Shown here piece after piece: positions 33,493 through 41,286 of a stretch of DNA of 46,482 nucleotides (the stretch's first letter is position 1; each line of letters begins with the position of its first letter). The translations under genes were made by a program, and so were the position numbers. The stretch comes from a virus (lineage: Duplodnaviria > Caudoviricetes), in the IMG/VR virus record IMGVR_UViG_3300037408_000472, positions 1 through 46,482 of that record; one strand, given 5' to 3'. The notes under the pieces are model-generated. The model was not told where the DNA came from, ran no database searches, and saw nothing but the letters and a program-made list of their open reading frames with translations.

Positions 33493-35386
33493 CCGCTGCG
33501 CCGCGCTGCGCGGCAGCACCGGCACCCGTGAACTGCGGTTCGAGGCCGGCGCCATCGATCAAGAGGCGCGCACCGTGCAACTTGCGTTCAGCTCCGAGGC
33601 CCCGGTCGAGCGCTGGTGGGGCCGCGAGATCCTCGACCACGGCCCAGGCGCGGTGCGTCTGGGGCGTCTGCTCGACGGTGCGAACCTGATCATGGATCAC
33701 GACGGCCGCGATGTGGTCGGCGTGATCGAAGCCGCGCGCATCGATGCCGACCGTCGCGGTCGCGCGACCGCGCGCTTCGGCCGTTCGGCCCGCGCCGAAG
33801 AGGTCTTTTCCGACGTGATCGATGGCATCCGCTCGAAGTTCAGCGTCGGTTACATGATCCACGAGGTTGTTCTGGAGTCGCGAGACGATGCCAGCGAAAC
33901 GTATCGGGTGACCGATTGGGAGCCCTACGAAATCAGCCTTGTCGCTATCCCAGCAGACGCGACGGCCTCCGTCGGCCGCTCGCTCCATCAACCCACGGAG
34001 ACTACGACCATGCCCGACACGGCAACCGATGAGCGGGTCGAGGAGCGCACCGTCGCCCCGGAGACCGCAGAGCTTGAGACCCTGACCGCCGCCCCCGCGC
34101 TGCCAGTCAACCCCGAGGCCGAGGCCATCCGCGCCGTTGGCCGTCACTTCCGCGAGCTGGAGGCCGCCGAGGACCATATCGCGCTGGGCGGGACGCTGGA
34201 GCAGTTCCGCGCCTACGTCCGCGCCCGCCGCCCGGCCGATCCGGTGCCGGTGGCCCCGCGGATCGAGGCGCGCGTCCCCTACCACGGCGGGACGCTGCGC
34301 AGCTTCCGGCCCGAGCTCTATGAGCACGGCCGCCGCCAGGCTGAGGAGAATGCCTATCGCGCCGGGCAGTACCTGCGCGCGACGATGTTCGCCGACGACT
34401 CGGCCGCGCGCTGGTGCCGTGATCATGGCGTCGAGCTGGCCATCGCTGGCGGCGACTTCCGCGCGACCCGCGTGCTTACCGGCCTCGCCGCCGGGCAGTC
34501 GGTGGTGGTGCCCGAGGAACTGGCGCTGCCTATCATCAACCTGCGCGAGCAGTACGGCGTGATGCGCCGTCTGGCCTACGTGCACCCGATGAGCACCGAC
34601 ACGACCACTGTGCCGCGGCGCATCGGCGGCGTGACCGCCTACTTTGTCGGGCGCGAGGCGGCCCCCACTGCCGGCGATCCGACGCTCGACAACGTGAGCC
34701 TGACCGCGCGCAACATCGCCGCCGAGACCCGCATCAGCAACGACTATGCGGATGACTCGCTGATCAACCTGGCCGATTTTGTCGCTCAGGAGATGGCGCT
34801 GGCCTTCGCCACCAAGGAGGACACTTGCGCGATCGACGGCGACGGCACCAGCACCTACGGCGGTATCGTCGGTCTGCGCACCCTGCTGGCGGCCTCCGGC
34901 AGCCTGGCGGGCGCGGTAGATGCCGCCAGCGGGCACGACACGTTCCTTGAGATCACCAGTCCAGACCTCGACGGCGTGGTCGGGGCGCTGCCCGACTTCC
35001 CAGGGCTCAATCCAGTGTGGCTCACATCCAAGCGCGGCGAGGCGCTGATGTTCGGGCGTCTGCGCACGGCGGCCGGCGGCAGCAAGCGCGACATGGCCGA
35101 GCGGGTACAACGCGCGTGGGACGGCGACCCGATCGAGATCTGCCAGGCGATGCCAAAGGGCACCGGCACTACGGACTATAGCGACGTGGTGATGGCCCTC
35201 TACGGCGACTTCCGCCAGGGCGTGATCTTCGGCGACCGCCGCGGCATGACCCTGCTGACTGACCCCTACTCGCTCAGCTCCTACCAGCAGACCAAGATCG
35301 TCGCCTCCGAGCGCTTCGACATCGTCTGCCACGGCGTGGGCGATACCAGCAACGCCGGTCCCATCGTCGCCCTGGTCGGCGAGTAA
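33473..35386 (+). CDS. Prohead protease (HK97 type) fused to major capsid protein
   Basis: FSSEAPVERW, MDHD, FSVGY, WEPYEISLVAIPAD, then VVPEE, LYGDFRQG, ERFD. Confidence 0.92.
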   Translation: MPIQTTDRCAALRGSTGTRELRFEAGAIDQEARTVQLAFSSEAPVERWWGREILDHGPGAVRLGRLLDGANLIMDHDGRDVVGVIEAARIDADRRGRATARFGRSARAEEVFSDVIDGIRSKFSVGYMIHEVVLESRDDASETYRVTDWEPYEISLVAIPADATASVGRSLHQPTETTTMPDTATDERVEERTVAPETAELETLTAAPALPVNPEAEAIRAVGRHFRELEAAEDHIALGGTLEQFRAYVRARRPADPVPVAPRIEARVPYHGGTLRSFRPELYEHGRRQAEENAYRAGQYLRATMFADDSAARWCRDHGVELAIAGGDFRATRVLTGLAAGQSVVVPEELALPIINLREQYGVMRRLAYVHPMSTDTTTVPRRIGGVTAYFVGREAAPTAGDPTLDNVSLTARNIAAETRISNDYADDSLINLADFVAQEMALAFATKEDTCAIDGDGTSTYGGIVGLRTLLAASGSLAGAVDAASGHDTFLEITSPDLDGVVGALPDFPGLNPVWLTSKRGEALMFGRLRTAAGGSKRDMAERVQRAWDGDPIEICQAMPKGTGTTDYSDVVMALYGDFRQGVIFGDRRGMTLLTDPYSLSSYQQTKIVASERFDIVCHGVGDTSNAGPIVALVGE

Positions 35387-35396
35387 CCCTGATCCC

Positions 35397-35412
35397 GGGC
35401 CACGGACGGCCC
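35397..35412 (+). promoter_or_regulatory. CsrA/RsmA-like GGA hairpin
   Basis: GGGCC-ACGGAC-GGCCC (CANGGAYG) upstream of an ACGGAG Shine-Dalgarno. Confidence 0.4.
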
Positions 35413-35434
35413 CAGCTCTACGGAGACTGACCCC

Positions 35435-35857
35435 ATGCTTCCCAAGCCTAAGTCCATGCTGCTGATCTCGCCGGCCAGCACCACCAATGCCGGCACCGCC
35501 TCGGGCTCCATCGACACCAAGGGGTTCGATTACGCGGTCATCGACGTGATCGCCTCGGCGTCGAACAACACGACCAACAACTTCTCGGTCCTGACGCTCT
35601 CGGAGGGCGATACCACCAGCGCCTATACCGCGATCTCGACCGGCGATACCGATTTCACCATCGCGGCCGCGGAGACCGCCGGGCACGTGGTGGCGCAGTT
35701 CCGCGTCGACTTGCGTGCGCGCAAGCGCTACCTCAGCCTCGCCGCCTCGCCGGTGACGACGCAGGTGATCGCTGCTGTGGCGCACCTGTACAAAGGCGAC
35801 GAGCTGCCGGTGACGGCCGCCAAGGCGGGCGCTGGCGTGCTGGTGGACCTGAGCTAA
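35435..35857 (+). CDS. Capsid decoration/cement-like protein
   Basis: Directly after capsid; SIDTKGFDYA and RKRYLSL motifs. Confidence 0.65.
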   Translation: MLPKPKSMLLISPASTTNAGTASGSIDTKGFDYAVIDVIASASNNTTNNFSVLTLSEGDTTSAYTAISTGDTDFTIAAAETAGHVVAQFRVDLRARKRYLSLAASPVTTQVIAAVAHLYKGDELPVTAAKAGAGVLVDLS

Positions 35858-35863
35858 CGGCTG

Positions 35864-36055
35864 ATGGCTGTCGATCGCGCCCTCTGGGAGCGCTTCCGCG
35901 CCGCCGGGCGCGAGCGCGAGCTCATCGAGCGGGAGCTCGGCCTGCACTGGGAGGACTTGCGCTTCCCGGTGCAGGCGATCAACCCGCCTGGTGCGGAGTC
36001 CGACATCCACTATCAGGTGGACAGCCGCGGCAGCGACGAGGAGACGAGCAAGTGA
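35864..36055 (+). CDS. Hypothetical protein (63 aa)
   Basis: Fills the gap; coupled to the next gene. Confidence 0.5.
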   Translation: MAVDRALWERFRAAGRERELIERELGLHWEDLRFPVQAINPPGAESDIHYQVDSRGSDEETSK

Positions 36056-37206
36056 GCCTCAAGCTCGATCTTGGCTGCGGCACGACGCCCGCCCCCGGCT
36101 TCGTCGGGGTCGACGCCAAGCTCGGCGCCGAGGTCTATCCGCTGGCCTACCCAGACGGCAGCGCGGAGGTGATCCGCGCGAGCCACGTCCTGGAGCACTT
36201 CAGCCATACCCAGATCGGCTCCGTCCTCGCCGATTGGGTGCGCGTGCTCGCCCCTGGCGGGCGGCTACAGATCGCGGTGCCCGACTTCGAGGCCATCGCC
36301 CGCGCCTACCTCGACGGCCAGCCGCTGCCGGTGCAGGGCTATGTGATGGGCGGGCATGTGGACGCGCGCGACCACCATGGCGCGATCTTCGACGCCGAGG
36401 CGCTGGCCGAGGCCATGACCGCCGCCGGCCTGTTGGCGCTGCGCCCGTGGGTGAGCGAGCAGACGGACTGCGCCGCGCTGCCGATCTCGCTCAACCTGGA
36501 GGGCACCAAGCCCCCGGAGCGCTGGCCGCATGTGCGCGCGGTGATCTCTGTCCCGCGGTTGGGCTGGAACGACATGTGGGGCTGCGCGATGGACGCGTGC
36601 GGTCGGCTCGGCATCCGGCTGGTCAAGCACACCGGGGCATTCTGGGAGCAGTGCTTGACACGCGGGCTCGACGAGGCGCTCCAGGCCGAGCCGGATTACC
36701 TGCTCACGCTCGATTACGACACGGTATTCGACCATCGCGACCTGCAAACGCTGATCCTGTGCGCCGAGCGCAACCCGCAGGCCGGAGCGATCGCCGCGCT
36801 GCAGGCGCACCGATCGAAGCCAACCCCGTTGATGACCATGGCCGACGCCGATGGCAACAACGCCACGCAGGTCGAGCGCGCGCTGTTCGGGCAAGAACTG
36901 GTCCCGGCGCGCACCGCGCACTTCGGTTGCACCCTGATCCGCACCGCCGCCTTGCGTGCCGTGCCGCGGCCCTGGTTCTGGGGCCGCCCGGATGCGACGG
37001 GCGAGTGGAGCGAGGCGCGTACCGACCCCGACATCGCTTTCTGGCGCGCCTTCGAGGCCGCCGGCCAGCGGCTCTATGTCGCCGCGCGCGTGCCGGTGGG
37101 CCACCTGGAGGTGATGATCCGCTGGCCAAATCGCGATCTGGCCCCGGTACACCAGCATCCAAGCGACTACCACCGTGACGGACGCCCGGAGGACGCCTGG
37201 CGATGA
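36052..37206 (+). CDS. Class I SAM methyltransferase fused to a GT-A-like glycosyltransferase
   Basis: KLDLGCG, ASHVLEH, RVLAPGGRL..VPD; then LLTLDYDTVF (DxD), HFGCTLIR, DPDIAFW, VGHLE. Confidence 0.8.
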   Translation: MSLKLDLGCGTTPAPGFVGVDAKLGAEVYPLAYPDGSAEVIRASHVLEHFSHTQIGSVLADWVRVLAPGGRLQIAVPDFEAIARAYLDGQPLPVQGYVMGGHVDARDHHGAIFDAEALAEAMTAAGLLALRPWVSEQTDCAALPISLNLEGTKPPERWPHVRAVISVPRLGWNDMWGCAMDACGRLGIRLVKHTGAFWEQCLTRGLDEALQAEPDYLLTLDYDTVFDHRDLQTLILCAERNPQAGAIAALQAHRSKPTPLMTMADADGNNATQVERALFGQELVPARTAHFGCTLIRTAALRAVPRPWFWGRPDATGEWSEARTDPDIAFWRAFEAAGQRLYVAARVPVGHLEVMIRWPNRDLAPVHQHPSDYHRDGRPEDAWR

Positions 37207-37373
37207 GCACCCAACCGACCCTATTGGACAGCGAACGCACCCGCTGCGAGGTGTGGACCCGCGTCATGGGCTACCACCGCCCGGTGGAGCGATTCAACGC
37301 TGGCAAGCGCGCCGAGCACGCCGAGCGGCGCTACTACCGCGAGACCCGCTGCGGGAGCGCGGGCCATGGATGA
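37203..37373 (+). CDS. Stand-alone NrdD C-terminal glycyl-radical domain protein (56 aa)
   Basis: ERTRCEVWTRVMGYHRPVERFNAGKRAEHAERRYY; ATGA overlap; not in the ORF track. Confidence 0.8.
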   Translation: MSTQPTLLDSERTRCEVWTRVMGYHRPVERFNAGKRAEHAERRYYRETRCGSAGHG

Positions 37374-37596
37374 CCACGGCCAGGCGCCCTGCCTGCATCT
37401 GCAGGTCGACGACGACCAGCACGGGGAGTGCCTGATCGGGCGCGTGTTCCCCATCGCCTGCCAGGTGCACCGCTCGGGCCTGGTGGGCTGCGCCGCCTAC
37501 GAGCCGAGCTGCCAGCTCGCCGACTGGGAGGCGTTGCGCATCGTCGCGCGCTGGCGCGCCATGCGCGCGTACTATGCCGAGCCGATCCGGGAGTGA
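37366..37596 (+). CDS. Hypothetical Cys-rich protein
   Basis: GGGAG RBS; operon continuity. Confidence 0.5.
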   Translation: MDDHGQAPCLHLQVDDDQHGECLIGRVFPIACQVHRSGLVGCAAYEPSCQLADWEALRIVARWRAMRAYYAEPIRE

Positions 37597-37602
37597 CCCG
37601 CC

Positions 37603-38040
37603 GTGTCTGATTACAACCACAACGATGACGACGACCGGGACTACCACCGCGGCAACCAGGGCGGCTCGCTCAACCCCAGCACCTGGCTGCAATGGATTGC
37701 GGTTGCTGCGATCGCCGCGGCGATGGGGCTCGGCGGGGCCGCGGTGCTGCCGCAACTGTCCCCGGGAGCGGTCAGGCCCGACCCGTTCACCGGCAGCGAT
37801 GGGCGCGATCTGCGCTCCGACCTGACCGCCGACATCGCGCGCCTGCGCGCGGAGATGGAGCGCCTGGACAGCGAGGGCTCGCGCGTGGTGCAGGCGTGTC
37901 AGGCGCGGGTGAGTGCGCTGGAGGCGCGCAACGCCGAGCTGGTCGGTCGGCTGCAACGCATCGAGGAGATCCTGATCGAGTTGCGCGTGCGGCTCGGGCG
38001 CCCGGCGCGGCCGGGTGAGGATGGGAGGATGCAGGGATGA
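37603..38040 (+). CDS. Single-TM coiled-coil protein (possible lysis-related)
   Basis: Hydrophobic WLQWIAVAAIAAAMGLGGAAVL, RPDPFTG motif, coiled coil. Confidence 0.6.
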   Translation: MSDYNHNDDDDRDYHRGNQGGSLNPSTWLQWIAVAAIAAAMGLGGAAVLPQLSPGAVRPDPFTGSDGRDLRSDLTADIARLRAEMERLDSEGSRVVQACQARVSALEARNAELVGRLQRIEEILIELRVRLGRPARPGEDGRMQG

Positions 38041-38065
38041 CTCTGCCGGATCGGGTGTCGCCGTT

Positions 38066-38431
38066 ATGACCTGGGGCTCCGATCTCTATCTGCGCAAGCT
38101 CTCCGAGGCGCCCTCTGGCGGGCGGGCACATTGGGAGCTGCGCTCGGAGCTGCACTTCAACAGCGAGATCCTCGGGCCGCTCACCGTGCCGCAGGGCTTT
38201 AGGACCGACTGCGCCAGTGTGCCGCGGGTGCCGATCGCTTACCTGTTCTTCGGCGACACCGCCCACGCCAGCGCGGTGCTGCATGACTGGCTCTATCGGC
38301 ATCACCCGTGCACCCGCGCCCAGGCCGATGCGGTGTTTCTGGAGGCAATGCGCGCCGAGGACGTGCGCTGCTGGCGGGCGCAGTTGATGTATCGCGCTGT
38401 GCGGCTGTTTGGACGGCGCTCCAATGACTGA
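38066..38431 (+). CDS. DUF1353-family protein
   Basis: VPQGFRTDCASVP, AVLHDWLY, RAQADAVFLEAM, YRAVRLFG. Confidence 0.85.
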   Translation: MTWGSDLYLRKLSEAPSGGRAHWELRSELHFNSEILGPLTVPQGFRTDCASVPRVPIAYLFFGDTAHASAVLHDWLYRHHPCTRAQADAVFLEAMRAEDVRCWRAQLMYRAVRLFGRRSND

Positions 38432-38744
38432 GGACCAGCGCCGCGACGAGGCCATCCGCCTGCTGGAGGGATGGCTCTACGACCCGACCCAGGATGAGCA
38501 CATCCAGGCGCACGAGCTGGAGCGCCTGATCCGTAGCCTCCACCGGAGCGACGATATGACCGACTCGATCATCCAATCCGCGCTGTACGGCCGGCTCATG
38601 GCCGCCGCGCTGTCTGGCGCGGGCGCTGTCGTGGCCGTGCTCGATCAGACCCAGATCGCATTGACCGCCGCGCTCGCGATTGTCGGTGCCGCACTGGCCG
38701 CCGCGTCAAAAGTGCGCGAGTGGTTGAGGGCGAGGCAGCAATGA
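38424..38744 (+). CDS. Putative holin-like membrane protein (alternative start ~38555)
   Basis: Two hydrophobic segments and a basic C-terminus. Confidence 0.45.
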   Translation: MTEDQRRDEAIRLLEGWLYDPTQDEHIQAHELERLIRSLHRSDDMTDSIIQSALYGRLMAAALSGAGAVVAVLDQTQIALTAALAIVGAALAAASKVREWLRARQQ

Positions 38745-38897
38745 AGCGCAATGATCCGAAATGGAAGCAGCGGTTCGACGGGATGTGCTCTTGGAACGAA
38801 ACGACTTTGAAACAATGGGAACGCGCCAAGACGCGGCGCCAGGAGGCGCGGAAACGTGTGCAGAAAAAGAGATCCGCGAGTGGTTGAGGGCGAGGCA
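38715..38897 (+). repeat. 23-bp direct repeat (38715-38737 and 38875-38897)
   Basis: cgcgagtggttgagggcgaggca occurs twice, 160 bp apart. Confidence 0.9.
38741..38887 (+). CDS. Small basic protein (48 aa) between the direct repeats
   Basis: MKRNDPKWKQRFDGMCSWNE...; RBS lies within the repeat; lower GC. Confidence 0.45.
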   Translation: MKRNDPKWKQRFDGMCSWNETTLKQWERAKTRRQEARKRVQKKRSASG

Positions 38898-39116
38898 ATG
38901 ACCGAGATCGACCCGAAATTGCTCGACAACTTGGCGACTTGGTATCGCCACTGGTGCGCTAATGACCTCGGCGGGTCAACGCCAAGAGACGGGCTGGAGA
39001 ACGCCATTGAGGCCATTCTCGAAGAGACCGGGTGGGCGTGGTGGATTAAGAAACCCGCACCGCTGCCGCCCGATCAATACGAGGAAAACCTCCTCGCGCA
39101 CGGGGTGGTGAGATGA
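38898..39116 (+). CDS. Hypothetical protein
   Basis: ATG directly after the second repeat copy. Confidence 0.5.
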   Translation: MTEIDPKLLDNLATWYRHWCANDLGGSTPRDGLENAIEAILEETGWAWWIKKPAPLPPDQYEENLLAHGVVR

Positions 39117-39183
39117 CCCTGACCTACCTCCTTTTCGCCCCGCCCTACATTTGGGCTATTCCTCAACTCTACTGGTGTTAGCT

Positions 39184-39393
39184 ATGAACAAACTCATTCC
39201 CGTTTTCATTGTTGTTGCCCTCGCCGTCACGACCCTCGCATGGGCCGCTGGCGGTAAGATGCGACTCTCCGAAGTCCAAGAGAACATCGAGGAATCCTTC
39301 CTTCTGTGCCAGCAATCCGGCGTCCGGCAGATCACTCTAACCCAGGAGGACCTTAAGATTGTCATGGAATGCGAGCCGCAGCGGAGCGAGTGA
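39184..39393 (+). CDS. Small exported protein (moron-like)
   Basis: Signal peptide MNKLIPVFIVVALAVTTLAWAA; lower GC. Confidence 0.55.
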   Translation: MNKLIPVFIVVALAVTTLAWAAGGKMRLSEVQENIEESFLLCQQSGVRQITLTQEDLKIVMECEPQRSE

Positions 39394-39626
39394 TGCTGCC
39401 GGCCGACTGGTTTGTCACACGCAATCCCGGCTGGTGGTTGCTGTGGGCAATGGAGCGCGAGCGCAGCGCCCACCCTGGCGCGACCGTGCGCGTGCGCCTG
39501 GAGGATGTGACGGTGTGCGGCTTCGTCCCAGATGGCCCGAGCGGCGAGGTGCGCGTGCTTGAGGGCGACCCGGCGCGTTGCGCCGCTCAGTACCGACCCA
39601 CGGAGACCCGACGTTATGCCTGCTGA
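39390..39626 (+). CDS. Hypothetical protein
   Basis: Coupled to the upstream stop. Confidence 0.45.
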   Translation: MMLPADWFVTRNPGWWLLWAMERERSAHPGATVRVRLEDVTVCGFVPDGPSGEVRVLEGDPARCAAQYRPTETRRYAC

Positions 39627-39804
39627 ACCCACCAACAGCCAAGTCGGCCTCCGCATTGCCGTGGCCGGCACGCTCGAATACCGCGACAAGGATGGCAACG
39701 TGATTGGCACCGCCGAGATGACCGGCACACTGCCGCTCAACCCGACCGAATCCCCTACCCCTGACGCCCTCGGAGGCAAAGACCATGGCCTGGACCACGA
39801 TTGA
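39616..39804 (+). CDS. Small structural-module protein
   Basis: ACGGAG RBS; GTLEYRDKDGNVIGT motif. Confidence 0.55.
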   Translation: MPAEPTNSQVGLRIAVAGTLEYRDKDGNVIGTAEMTGTLPLNPTESPTPDALGGKDHGLDHD

Positions 39805-40165
39805 TACCAGCGTTTCACAAGCCGCCGCCAACGGCATTGCGAGCCTGTTTAACAGCGGCTCGGTGGTGCTGCTTACTTCGGGCGATGCGGAACTCGCCGC
39901 CGTGAGCTTCGGCGCCACCGCCTGGGGCAGCGCGACCGACGCCAACCCGGCGGTGCTGACCGCGGAGACTATGACCGCCGACAGCTCGGTGAGCGACGGC
40001 ACGATTGCCAAGTGCCAATTCAAGGACTCGGCCGGCACCACGACCCTGCTCGCCGGCTCGGCTAACGCGGTCGATGGCGACCTGGTGCTGTCGAGCGCGA
40101 CCATCCCCAGCGGCGCGACCTCGGTCACGTTCACGGCGCTGACGCTGTCGCTCACCCTGTCGTAA
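39785..40165 (+). CDS. Small beta-rich structural (fibre-like) protein, variant B
   Basis: GGAGG RBS; 126 aa, Ser/Thr/Ala-rich; DLVLSSATIPSG..VTFTALTLS. Confidence 0.6.
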   Translation: MAWTTIDTSVSQAAANGIASLFNSGSVVLLTSGDAELAAVSFGATAWGSATDANPAVLTAETMTADSSVSDGTIAKCQFKDSAGTTTLLAGSANAVDGDLVLSSATIPSGATSVTFTALTLSLTLS

Positions 40166-40177
40166 CCGGAGGCCCCT

Positions 40178-40726
40178 ATGGCCAGCGCGATTGATGCCAC
40201 AAAACCGACCGCCACTAACGCCTATACGGCCAACGTGCGGAGCAATTTCAGCATCGCCAAGAGCGAGATCGAGGCGCTGCAAGCGGGCACTGGGCTGGCC
40301 GCCAACGCGGTGACCAATGCAAAGCTGACCCAGATGGCGACGCAGACGATCAAGGGCCGCACCACGGCGAGCACCGGCGACGCGGAAGACCTGACCGCCG
40401 CGCAGGCCCGCACCATCGTCGAGGCCGCCGCGCCGGATGTGGTGACCATCACCACCAACGACACGCTGACCAAGGCCGAGCATCAAGGCAAGGTGCTCTA
40501 CTGCACGACCGGCGCGTTGAGCCTGACGGTCGATAACTCGACCGACTTCGACGCCTACGCAAGCTGCGAGATCGTCAACAAAACCGGCGCGGTAGTCACG
40601 CTCGTCGCCACCGCCACCATCAACCGCATCGGCAGCAAGCCGCTCACGCTGCCGGCTAATGGCCGCGCCACGCTGATGCGCGAGGCGACCGCTGACACCT
40701 ACCTGCTGACCGGAGAGATGGCATGA
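40178..40726 (+). CDS. Fibre-like structural protein
   Basis: GGAGG RBS; NAVTNAKLTQMATQTIKGR...EDLT fibre-type motif; ends YLLTGEM. Confidence 0.6.
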   Translation: MASAIDATKPTATNAYTANVRSNFSIAKSEIEALQAGTGLAANAVTNAKLTQMATQTIKGRTTASTGDAEDLTAAQARTIVEAAAPDVVTITTNDTLTKAEHQGKVLYCTTGALSLTVDNSTDFDAYASCEIVNKTGAVVTLVATATINRIGSKPLTLPANGRATLMREATADTYLLTGEMA

Positions 40727-41286
40727 GTCTGATCGGCGCCACGGGCGGGGTGATTGGAGCGGCGGGGGTTGCGGCGGGTGGCGGCGGGCCAGCGTCGGGC
40801 ACTCTGTTGTTGGGACCTTCGGACCCGGCCAATTTTACCGTGCCCGACGCCTATACGCTGAACCCAGACCACGTGTATTACTACCTCAATGGGTACACAG
40901 GCGCGGAATCAGGGGATGCGGCCAAAGTAAGGGTGCTGCTGTCCGAAGATCCCACGACGGGATCGCCCTATATTACCGCCGCGCTATGGAATGCATCCGG
41001 TACCTTGTTGGCGCACACCGAGATCGACACCAGTGACGGCAATAACTGGTATAGCGGCGCTTTTGCCAGTCCGCCGAGCATCGTCGAGAGCACGACGTAT
41101 TATCTCGGTGTATTTATCGGAACATATGTGCCGTTCTACGGCCGCTCAGGCGACCCCAGTTACAGAATGAAGGTAGTATCTTCGAGCTACGGTGATGACG
41201 GCAGCAACCCGACGCCTCCCAACATCTCTCCAAGCACAGATGATGATTTTGGATCCGCGGAACTCTGTATCCAGTTACTCGCATGA
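40723..41286 (+). CDS. Putative fibre/receptor-binding subunit (beta-sandwich)
   Basis: Coupled gene; Gly-rich N-terminus; AALWNASGTLLA...YYLGV. Confidence 0.55.
   Translation: MSLIGATGGVIGAAGVAAGGGGPASGTLLLGPSDPANFTVPDAYTLNPDHVYYYLNGYTGAESGDAAKVRVLLSEDPTTGSPYITAALWNASGTLLAHTEIDTSDGNNWYSGAFASPPSIVESTTYYLGVFIGTYVPFYGRSGDPSYRMKVVSSSYGDDGSNPTPPNISPSTDDDFGSAELCIQLLA

Noticed and set aside
33401-36010. 869-aa antisense ORF and many similar long shadow ORFs
   Set aside because: They lie opposite well-supported genes in high-GC DNA where stop codons are rare, and show no motifs
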